Source: Phaeosaccion multiseriatum
Lineage: Eukaryota > Protista > Ochrophyta, other classes
Direction: 5' to 3'
Length of the DNA: 64,000 nt
Assembly (NCBI GenBank): GCA_965112735.1
Contig: OZ218961.1
Coordinates: 930,001 to 994,000 of the forward strand
Under the pieces are notes generated by a model. That model made no database searches and was not told the DNA's origin. It saw only the letters and a program-made list of their open reading frames with translations. Numbering within the stretch: the first letter of the stretch is position 1; every line of letters starts with the position of its first letter. The translations under genes and the position numbers were made by a program. Shown in pieces: positions 23,289 to 33,784 of the stretch.

Positions 23289-26200
23289 TTCCCTCTCTCT
23301 CTTCCTCTCTCTTTCCCTCTCTCTCCGTCTCCATCTCTTAATGGATCGATGATAGCACAGCACGGCAGCAGGAGTGCGTACAAAATGGCATTTACCGTTG
23401 AAAAGAGGTCTTAATAATCCCGTCACCTCGTCGCTCTTCGCTTTGCTGCTTCCCCTTCCCCTTCTTCCTCTTCAGGTGTGCTGGCACAAGGCCTGCAAGT
23501 AAGTAGTGACCAGCTCCGGTACAAGCAAGCAAGCGAGCATTAGGGACAGCGTTGATTTCTGCATGTGTTGCGCTCTTCACGTTTCAGCTCGTCGCTTGCC
23601 TTGCCTTGCTTTGACCCCCCTCGCCTCCCCTCCCTCCCTCCCTCCCTCCCTCCCTCCCTCCCTCCCTCCCTCCCTCCCTCCCTCCCTCCCTCCCTCCCTC
23701 CCTCCCTCCCTCCCTCCCTCCCTCCCTCCCTCCCTTCCTCCCTCCCTCCCTCCCTCCCTCCCTCCCTCCCTCCCTCCCTCCCTCCCTCCTTCCGCCCCAT
23801 CTTTCCCTGCATGCCTCCCTCCCCTCCCTCTCTGCCCCCCTCCATCCCTTGCTTGGCCCACACCATCTCTTCCGCTCCACAGGTACTTCGACATCGAGGC
23901 CAAGGTACGCACGTGCACCCACCCGGAGCATGATATGGTTGCTTTCTTGCCGGCTTGCTTGCCCTTTACTTTGCTTGCTTATTCATTTGCTCGTTCAAGC
24001 TTGTTCACCTGTTGGCTTTCTTTCTTGCCTGCGTGCTTTCTTTCATGTGTTGTTGCGTGATTGATTGCTCTCTCTGTCCGCTCCAAGCCTATCCAACAAT
24101 GAACGAAACTGAAACTCCGCCTCGTCTTCCGACCACAGGAGGCACCCGTCTCCCGTGACTGCCTCGTGCTCACAGCGGAGAGGGCAAAGGTGCGTAGTAT
24201 GTGACTGTTATAAGTGGATCGTCTTTGATTGTTAGAAGTGTAGCGCTGGCGTGAATGGTCCTTGCCACACACATGCACTTGCTCACTCACTCATACGTAC
24301 CCTCAAATAAGGTGCTGATCGACGAGAACACCATCGGAGTCTGCCCCATCATGGGAAGCACCTTCAATGGAGAGTACGAGGTGCGTGCGTGTGTTTGTGT
24401 GTATGTGTGTGTGTGTGCGCGTATGCGTGCGTGTGTGGGCGTCTTCGTGTGTATGTGCGTGCGTGCGTGTGTGTGTGCGTGTGCGTGTGTGTGCGTGTGC
24501 GTGCGCGGGTACCGCCTCATTCAAATCTCCTGTACGTGAAGCTTCTACCCCTCACCTCAAACGGGGAGGATGGAGGATGGAAGAGGAGGGGAGGGGAGGA
24601 GCGATGACGAAAGCAATCTACAAAGGATGAGAGTGACTACTAAAAAATCAAGTATCTGAGCTCCACAACACCCAATCGTGAAACACCAACATCACAACCA
24701 GCTACCCTACGCCCCTCACACCAACATACCCCCATACCCTGTGCGGTCCTCTGCCTTTCATAATCGCATACCCCTATATCCCCTGCGGTCATCTCATGCC
24801 CTCACTCACAGGACGTGAAGGCCATCCATGACATGGTTGTGGCCCTCAACGAGGAGAAAGGCTGGCAGGTGTGTGTGTGCTTATGTGCGTGACCCACACC
24901 CACCCACTCACCCACACCCACCCACTCACTCACACCCACCCACTCACTCACCCACACCCACACCCACCCACTCACCCACACCCACCCACTCACCCACACC
25001 CACCCACTCACCCACACCCACCCACCCACTCACCCACACCCACTCACCCACACCCACCCACCCACCCACCCACACCCACCCACTCACCCACACCCACCCA
25101 CTCACCCACACCCACCCACCCACTCACCCACACCCACCCACCCACTCACCCACACCCACCCACTCACCCACACACACCCACCCACTCACTCACACCCACC
25201 CACCCACTCACCCACACCCACACCCACACCCACCCACCCACCCACGCACGCACCCACGAACCCACGCACGCAGATCCCGATCCACGTGGACGCGGCGTCC
25301 GGAGGCTTCGTAGCGCCTTTCCTCACCCCCGACCTTGTTTGGGACTTCCGCCTGCCCAACGTCAAGAGCATCAACGTCTCAGGTGTGAAAAGCCTCCCGC
25401 CTGACACATAATAATTGCATACATACAGTATGTACATCAGTATGTACATGATACATGTATAGAAATCTGCATCTCTGTGTGTGTGGAAGACCGTCATAAA
25501 GCTGTGTGATCACACGTGATTGAATCTGAGGTGTGCTCATGGCCGTGACATGAAGCCGAGCAGTCCATTCGCTGCCATCCATGCCTCCTTCCTTCCTTCC
25601 TTCCTTCCTTCCTTCCTTCCTTCCTTCCTTCCTCCTCCTTCCTTTGTTTCATTGACTTACATTTAAACTCTCAGGGCACAAGTACGGACTGGTGTACGCG
25701 GGCATCGGTTTCATTCTCTTCAGGGAGAAGAAGGACCTTCCTGAGGATCTCGTGTTTCACGTCAACTACCGTGAGTGGGTTTCAGGACTGTGGGTGGGTG
25801 GGTGTCAGGACAGTGGGTGGTTAGGTGGAGTACTGTGGGTAAGCTACGCCGTGGGTGGAGGGGTGGGTCCGTGCGTGGGTGAGTGAATGGATGGACGCGT
25901 ACATAACCATGTGGAGGGGGTTGGTTTGGTGGGTCGGCGGGTGGGTGGGCGAGTGCGTCGGTGCGTGGGTGGGTGGGGTATGTCCATGTCGGCTCATCTC
26001 TCCTCTCATCTGTCCTGTCTCTCCCTGTGCTCTCTATGCTCTCTGTGTACATCACCATCCTTCTATCCGCCCATCTACTGCCATCTGTCCCTTCCCACCC
26101 CTTGGCAGTGGGAGGTGACCAGGCGTCCTTCACGCTCAATTTCTCTAAAAGCTCCGGCAACATCGTCGCACAGTACTACAACTTCATCCGGTAAGTCAGT

Positions 26201-28097
26201 GACGGACTGCCTGACTCACTGCCTGACTCACTGACTGACTCACTGACTGACTCACTGGCTGAGGGAGTGCGTGAGCGAGTAAGCGAGTGAATTACTGAGT
26301 ACTTCGTAGTACCTCGTAGTACCAAAGAGTCGGTCAGTCAGTACGGAGTGTCAGAGGGCCACAGCTGGATGGCACTGGATTGAAGTGGCGAGTTGCAGTT
26401 TCCGAGCCGAGATCTTGTGAAGCGCGATGGTCCTCGGACCCCACTCGAAGCTTTCCCCCTTATCTTCCCCCCTCCCTTATCCTTGTCCTCCTCTCGCTCT
26501 CTCTCTCCCTCTCTACGCGTTTGTTGCGTGTGCGTTTCGTCTCTTGCTCTGCGGCCCTACATACCTGTCCCTCCGTGCTGTGTCACCAACTGCTGCGCTG
26601 TGCTGTGCTGTGCTGCACTGCGTCGACTTCCATGACAAGCTTGGGCAAGTCCGGGTATTTCCAAGTCATGGTGCGTCCTGACACCACTCACCACTTACTT
26701 GCTTGCTTACGCCCTTTCTTGTGCTGTCGAGACATAATTAAGACTACAACGGTGCAGTCTACTTGCCGTCTGTGGTGGCGACGGCCACTACCCGTACACG
26801 ACTGCCCAGTACGACTACAGAAACCGACCTGCTTGTGCCAGGGCCAACAGCAATCGATTTGCGAGAGGCATAGCATACAGTTTCACGCACCCCACAGCTC
26901 CTCCACTCTCTCTCTTTCTCTTCGCTTAACTGAGCTGCTTTGGTGGCATTTTCTGCTCAAACGAGTGGAGGTGAAGGCTCTTTCTTGCCTGACTTTCGGG
27001 GAGGTCGGTCAATCCCTCCTGACCACTCCCGTCGCTCACCGCCCCTCCCTCCTGTTCACTTGTGTCGCACCTTCACCGGTCCCTTGCTACTCTCCATCTG
27101 TCTCTCGCTTCTCCCTCTGTCCCTCGCTTCTCCCTCTGTCTCTTTCTTCTCTCGCTACCGGTGGCGGGGCTCTTCTGTTCTTCTTCTCGTGATGTGATCA
27201 GCGTAACTGTATGGTACGTGGGTGTATGAGTGCATGAGTGAGTGAGTGGGTGAGTGAGTGAGTGAGTGAGTGGGTGAGTGAGTGAGTGAGTGAGTGAGTG
27301 AGTGGGTGAGTGGGTGAGTGGGTGAGTGGGTGAGTGGGTGAGTGAGTAAGTGAGTGAGATAGTGTGTGAGTAAGTGAGTGAGAGAGTAGGTGAGTGAGTG
27401 TGAGTGAGTGAGTGGGTGAGTGGGTAAGGCTCGCTGAGAAAGTGAGTGAGTAAGTGAGTGAGTGATCGGGTGAGTGAGTGAGTGTGTGGGTATGTGAATG
27501 AGTAAGTGAGTGATTGAGTGTGTAGGTGAGTGAGTGAGTGAGTGAGTGAGTGAGTGAGTGAGTGCATGCGTGAGTGAGTGAGCGAGTGATTGAGCGAGTG
27601 ATGAGAGATTGAGTGTGTGGGTGAGTGAGTGAGCAGCTCCAGTCGTGCCTTTGCCCCTCCTCTTTGTTGGCCACCCCCCCCCCACTTGCTTCTCACCCAC
27701 GACTTTCCCCTCCCTTTTCGCTCCTCTCCGCTTGCCCGCCGCTGCGACGCGCCGCACTCAGGAGAATGCAGAGTTCTTGCGCTCGTCGCTCGTCAAGACG
27801 GTGAGCACACAAACACTACCTTCAAAGGATGGCATTGGATGGCTTGACTTACAACATAAGTACTGGATGAGAAACACACCTTCCCTCCCTCCCTCCCTCC
27901 CTCTTACCCCTCAGGGCATGGTGACCATCGTGGACAAGGCGCACATCCCCGTGGTGGCGTGGAGTCTCACCACTGGCGCCAACTGCAGCGTATTCGACCT
28001 CCAGGACAAGCTTCGCAACAAGGGCTGGATAGTTCCGGCCTACACCTGCCCACAGGGCGCCACTGACATGGTGTGTGTTTGTGCGAGGGTGCATGGG

Positions 28098-28133
<36 letters not shown>

Positions 28134-29174
28134 TGGGTGCGTGGGTGTGTGGGTGTGTGGGTGTGTGGGTGTGTGGTTGCGTGTGCGTGCGTGGGTGCGT
28201 GGGTACGTGAGGGCGTGGGTGCGCGTCTGGGTGTGGATGAGAGGGTGGGCGAAGGCGCACGAGGACTCTCCACAGGGCATGGCATGAGCCGGTCAGGATG
28301 CTCAGAGCTTCGTGCCATGAGTGCTCTACTTTCATCCAGCACCCTGGCGCAACTGACCTTCCCTCCTTTCTTCCCTCCCTCTCCTCCTCTCCTTTCCCCC
28401 TCTCTTTGTCCCTCCCTTCGTCGCCTCCTCTCCCTCACTCCTTCCCTCCCTGTCCCTCCCTCCCTCCCTCCCTCCCTCCCTCCCTCCCTCTCGCTGCCTC
28501 TCCTCACTCACTCATACCCATTCACCCCCCTCCTCCCCCCAGGCCATCATGCGGGTGGTGGTGAAGGAGAACTTCTCGCGTGACTTGGCGGAAATGTTGA
28601 TGAGCGACATCCTCGCCGCCTTCTCCTTCTTCCAGCAGCACCCCACCACTCCCCTCGAGCTGGAGACGCCGGTGCGTGCGTGAGTGCGTGAGTGCGTGCG
28701 CGTGCGTGCGTCCGTGAGTGCGTGTACGTGTGTGTGTGTGTGTGTGTGCGTGCTTGTGTGTGTACGTGCGTGCGTGCGTGCGAGGGCGCGTGCATGTGTG
28801 CGTGTGTGCGTATGTGAGTCCGTAGTCTACGCCCGGGTTGTTTGCTTCGCGGGTTCGCCTTGCCTTGTGCACAGGTCGGCTCTGGACAGACACACACACA
28901 TGCGCACATACACACACACGCACGCGCACAACGGCAAACAGACACAGCCATAGACACGCACTCTCTCTCACACTCTCTCTGCCTCTCTCTCTCTCTCACA
29001 CACACACATACTTTCCACCGACAATACCACCCCCATTGGCAGGCGAGGAAGAAACCCAAGGGGGTGCAGGAGAGGGGCGCCGCCGCCGCGAGCAAGGACC
29101 TTGGGCGGCTCCACTCACTTGGATCGGACGCAACGCACCGCCTCAGCGGAGAGAAGACCAACCGGGTGTGCTAA
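20870..29174 (+). CDS. GAD: Glutamate decarboxylase (PLP-dependent, plant/fungal-like), 22 exons
   Basis: [108 protein letters not shown] (PLP lysine), GWIVPAY, C-terminal KTNRVC. Micro-exons at 21861-21876 and 27202-27213. GC-AG intron from 23042. Confidence 0.95.
27236..27632 (+). repeat. (GTGA/GAGT)n microsatellite filling a GAD intron; paralogue at ~34770-35337
   Basis: Dozens of GTGAGT/GTAAGT hexamers. Confidence 0.9.
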
Positions 29175-30234
29175 GTGGTGGAGGGAGGGGAGGGGGCAGC
29201 CGTAGACAGGTATATGGGGCAGCTGTAGGTGTATGGGTTAGGAGGGAGCCTCGGCAGCAGAAGCAGCGGAGTAATAGCAGCAGTAGTGAGGAGCAGTCGC
29301 CAGTAGGAGCCAGAGACCGGAGTGCGCTGAAGGTTCGAGAGGGAGGAAGGAGCAGAGGCGAGGCGAGAGTCTATTTCTTCAAGGGCGGGAGGGAGGGAGG
29401 GAGTATGCGAGTATGGGACCATTGACTGGATTCGGCGGGTGTGTGGCGGTGGCGGTGTGTGAGTGCGGGAGTGAGTGGGAGAGTGGGGCCCTCGCTTCTG
29501 CCCTTACAGGAACAGTCCAGTGAGAAACAGTCCGGCGAGGAGCAGCCAGTCTGAAGGCTGAGCTGGACAGTGATGGGTAATGAGAGGAATGGATAGTGAT
29601 GGGTAATGGGGGGAATGGCAACGAGCCAACAAGGAAGGGGGGAGGAGCGAACAGAGCAAGCACGGCTTGGCTGCCTTCGCTTTTGTAATTTCGACATGCT
29701 TTGAACTCTACTCGTTATTTATATATATATGAACACATATATCCCCAGTCGCTTTTTCACACAAGCTTCACTTGAATTTGCAATGGGAGGTAGCTAGATC
29801 AGACTCCCCTCTTATCTCTCACTGCGAGCCCCGCCGATAACGCTATATATCTGTAGCGTGTGTTACTTGCTGTCTCAAATCTGTAACCATTGTATAACCG
29901 CCTTTTTGGGCCGTTTCTTTTCGGACGCCACAGCGACAGCCCAGAGCGCTTCTGCGTCGCTAACTTTGGCCTCTTCAGATCCCAGAGCGCTCGTTACACC
30001 CATCCATCAAGACTCCGCCAATCCCGCCAAAGCGCCGGTCCATACAGTGCGACCACTCCTTGACACCGTAGCTGGGCTACAGTCACCTCATCTCCTCGAC
30101 TCGTCTTCATCACCATGAGCATCTCCCGCTTGACTTTAGTACTCTTCCTCCTCGGAGCCCTCATCCTCACGATCGTATTCGTCGCCCTTCCTGCGATAGA
30201 AACCCTTCTACTCAGAATGCATACTCTCCAAATT

Positions 30235-32148
30235 TTAGCGGAAGGCGTCCACTTGAAGGCCCTCCGGCAGCTGAGCAGGGAGCTCGAATCCCTTCCAAAC
30301 CTCAAGTCGCTCCAGACCTGCAGGCAGATCCGATAGGGGCTGGTTATACTCCCTTCCCAGGTGCAGAGTCCGAAGAGAGGCAGGCAGGGTTAACGGATGA
30401 TTAAAGCTCGAGTCATAGGGAAATTTCAGCTCCTTCAGCCCGTCCGGCAGATCTGGTAGCGGCTGAGTGTAATACTTTCCCAGCTTCAGAGTCCGAAGAG
30501 TGGCAGGCAGGCTTAACGGATGATCAAAGCTCGACAAATAAACAAATTTCAGCTCCTTAAGCCCGTCCGGCAGATCCGATAGGGGCTGATTATACTCCTT
30601 TCCCAGCTTCAGAGTCCGAAGGGAGGCAGGCACGGTGAACGGATGATTAAACTCCGACCCACCGGAAAATTCCTCCAGCCCGTCCGGCAGATCCGATAGG
30701 GGCAGGTCATACAGTCCCAGCTGCAGAGTCCGAAGAGAGGCAGGCAGGATCAACGGATGATTAAACTTCGACCACTCGTAAAATCTCAGCTCCTCCAGCC
30801 CGTCCGGCAGATCCGATAGGGGCTGGTCATACTCATATCCCAGCTCCAGGGTCCGAAGAGAGGCAGGCAGGATCAACGGATGATTAAACTCCGAGTCATC
30901 GCGAAATCTCAGCTCCTCCAGCCCGTCCGGCAGATCCGATAGGGGCTGGTTATACTGTCCTCCCAGCTCCAGGGTCCGAAGAGAGGCAGGCAGGGTTAAT
31001 GGATGATTAAACCTCGTGGCCCCGGCAAATTTCAGCTCCTTCAGCCCGTCCGGCAGATCCGATAGGGGCTGGTTATACTGTCCTCCCAGCTCCAGGGTCC
31101 GAAGAGAGGCAGGCAGGGTTAACGGATGATTAAACCTCGTGGCCCCGTCAAATTTCAGCTCCGTCAGCCCGTCCGGCAGATCCGATAGGGGCTGGTTATA
31201 CACCAGTCCCAACTGCAGTGTCCGAAGAGAGGCAGGGAGAATCAACGGATGATTAAACGGCGTGTCAAAGGCAAATTTCAGCTCCTTCAGCCCGTCCGGT
31301 AGATCCGATAGGGGCTGATTGTAATAATTTCCCAGGTGCAGAGTCTGAAGAGAGCCAGGCAGCGTTAACGGATGATCAAACTTCGAAAGTAACTCGTCAA
31401 ATCGCAGCTCCGTAAGCCCGTCCAGCAGACTGAAATCTGTCTGCTGTGTGTACTCACGCCCAAACGATACCTTCTGCAGCGATGGGGGGAGATCCAAAGG
31501 ACGATTGTAATCGGAATAAGGATGAAAGGTCAATTCCCTCAAGGCGTGCGGAAGTTTGACCTCTTCGGAAAGCTTCCTCCCAAAATGTACACTCTCCAGC
31601 CAGTCAGGAAGACGCAGGCCACGACAGTTGATATAATCTCCCAAGCGAACGTGCTTCACCGAAGGAGGGAGCACTCTCAGCCCTTCCTGAACAACGGCAA
31701 TGTCCGCCTTCTTCATTTTATAAGATGGCCTGGAATAATACCCATTGGAAAGACCCAGGCTCACAGCGATGACCCGAAACCATTTTCTCTGTTGGACGTT
31801 ATCTCCTCCTTCCTGCTGTTCCTCCTGGAGGCCTTGGCTCTGCCCCTCGTCAGGAGCAGATGATGCCCCTTCTTCCGAATGCGCGAGCTCAAACCGTTGC
31901 CGATGCTCGAGCATCTGTAGCATTCTCTTCTGCACAGCTTTCGGTACGTCTTTGTGTAGAACAAGTCGCCTCCCCGCTACTGCATCCACCTCTCTGCACA
32001 GGCCCCACAGACTCTTGCGGGAGCCCACATTGGCAGCCAAGAGAGTCAGCACCTCCACTCCATCCCAGTCATTGGGACCTTCTGAGCGCCGCTTTGAAGC
32101 ACCAGATGGGAAGGTCTCGGCTGCTGCTCGTCTCTTGCCCGCCTCCAT
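30235..32148 (-). CDS. Intronless F-box-like/FNIP-repeat protein (copy 2), nine ~41-aa doublet repeats
   Basis: Start MEAGKRR. Unit LPDGLxELxFxxx[ST]xFNHPLx-LPASLRTLxLGxxYNQPLSD (123 nt). Open frame. Confidence 0.9.
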   Translation of the reverse strand: MEAGKRRAAAETFPSGASKRRSEGPNDWDGVEVLTLLAANVGSRKSLWGLCREVDAVAGRRLVLHKDVPKAVQKRMLQMLEHRQRFELAHSEEGASSAPDEGQSQGLQEEQQEGGDNVQQRKWFRVIAVSLGLSNGYYSRPSYKMKKADIAVVQEGLRVLPPSVKHVRLGDYINCRGLRLPDWLESVHFGRKLSEEVKLPHALRELTFHPYSDYNRPLDLPPSLQKVSFGREYTQQTDFSLLDGLTELRFDELLSKFDHPLTLPGSLQTLHLGNYYNQPLSDLPDGLKELKFAFDTPFNHPLILPASLRTLQLGLVYNQPLSDLPDGLTELKFDGATRFNHPLTLPASLRTLELGGQYNQPLSDLPDGLKELKFAGATRFNHPLTLPASLRTLELGGQYNQPLSDLPDGLEELRFRDDSEFNHPLILPASLRTLELGYEYDQPLSDLPDGLEELRFYEWSKFNHPLILPASLRTLQLGLYDLPLSDLPDGLEEFSGGSEFNHPFTVPASLRTLKLGKEYNQPLSDLPDGLKELKFVYLSSFDHPLSLPATLRTLKLGKYYTQPLPDLPDGLKELKFPYDSSFNHPLTLPASLRTLHLGREYNQPLSDLPAGLERLEVWKGFELPAQLPEGLQVDAFR

Positions 32149-32444
32149 CTCTTTCTTCCTCCCTCTCCGCCTACTCACCGAATAAACTCCTCTCTCGACG
32201 GAAAACTCACCCAAACAAGCAGAGAGCGGGGCAGATAGGGCGAGGGGTTGGAAGGGAGGTTGTCCGCCGTGTGCTCACAATGACGGGGGAAGGAGGATCG
32301 GGAAATAGCTTGGGGGGAAGGAGAAGGAAGGGATGTAAGGAAGGCCGCCGCCCTCCACGCCTTCCTTGACTTACGGTTGATCGTTTAAAAAATTTCGCCG
32401 CCTCCCAACGATCGATCTCTGGAAAGAACCAACAGGCCCACATC

Positions 32445-33593
32445 ATGGGTTCCCGCAGACCTCCCCCCCTTGGTCCAGAGAGCCTGAGCCTGACAGGGAC
32501 GACAACAGGGAAAGCCGAGGCAGCAGCTTCATTAGCAGCAGCCTCTCCGCATTCGTCGTGTCTGTCCCCAGAGAGCGACGGGAGTGCCGCGGTCTCCTCT
32601 TCGCAAGCGGTCACTCTCGCCGGCCTCTCCCCGGAGGCGATGCAGCAGCGGAAGTGATGCAAAGCCACCTGAGCAGCAGCCAGCAGGAGCAGAGGCTCCA
32701 GCGGAGGATGAGGGGGAAGAGGACAAGAAACGTGTCTTCCGTGGCACCTTGCTCGGAGGTACAACGACAGCAAGTCGCCCCACGGCCGCCAGCTCAAGAG
32801 GTACGACAGGAGGACACAAAGAAACAAGTAGGAAGGAGGGGGAGAGGAGTACCTGCGGGTGAGGCTGGCTGGGAGGCTGGCTGGGCGGGGCCCTGGCGAC
32901 GGCAGAGTGGAGCCAGCAAGCAGCCAAGGGTGGAAGCACTCCGGGGAGAGATGCTTTGTCCCTGTGCAACGGTTGTGACGGCATTCCGTTTTCTCTTTCC
33001 TCCGTGCTGCACATCTTCACTTCTTCATCTCCTCGCACAGGCCTTCGAGACGAAGGCAATGTCGCCTTTGACCACCCGTACTGCAAGCGAGAGAGGGAGA
33101 AGCTCAGGCACAACCCGCTTGTTATGGAGCAGCTGCAGGTGCGAAAGCGTGTGTGCGCGTGCGTGTACATGCGCGCGTGGTGCGTGTGCGTGTGCGTGTG
33201 CGCGTGTGAGTGCGTGCGTGCGAGTGTGTGCGTACGGGCGTGCATATGTGTGTACCTGGCTGTGTCCCCTGCAGGGTGGTACTTCTGTGTGTCGCTCGCT
33301 CACGTGGTGCACAGCCCCTTTGAGTCTACCGTCACCCTCTATCTGCCATGGCTTTTGCTCTATTATCAACTCCCCATCCGTCCTCCCTCCCCCCCTCCCT
33401 CCCTCTCCTTGGGGGTATGCATCACTGGGTTAGTGATCAAAGAGGTTCTGGGATGCCTTTCCAGAGTCCTCCAAGGACGAAAGTCGGCATCGCCTCAAGA
33501 CCCATGTGCTACTCCTTAACATGCTCATTTGCAAGTCTCTCTACCACCCCGACGACTTGAATCTTGAGGAGGCCAGCAAGGTCGTTGCAAATG
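32445..33593 (+). pseudogene. Truncated, frameshifted 5' copy of the hypothetical gene at 40065
   Basis: Same start MGSRRPPPLGPESL. An indel near 32570-32583 shifts the frame. Ends mid-exon at ...GTTGCAAATG at the duplication junction. Confidence 0.85.
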
Positions 33594-33784
33594 TTGGGTT
33601 GGTTTGGTGGGTCGGCGGGTGGGTGGGCGAGTGCGTCGGTGCGTGGGTGGGTGGGGTATGTGCAAGTCGTCTCATCTCCTCTCGTCTGTCCTGTCTCTCC
33701 CTGTGCTCTCTATGCTCTCTGTGCACATCACCATCCTTCTGTCCGCCCATCTACTGCCATCTGTCCCTCCCCACCCCTTGGCAG

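Larger units (their letters stand above)
25918..33593. repeat. Tandem segmental duplication, copy A (~7.7 kb)
   Basis: Collinear and highly similar to 33596-41169. Both contain the GAD 3' half, a FNIP gene and the 5' part of the large hypothetical gene. Confidence 0.95.
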
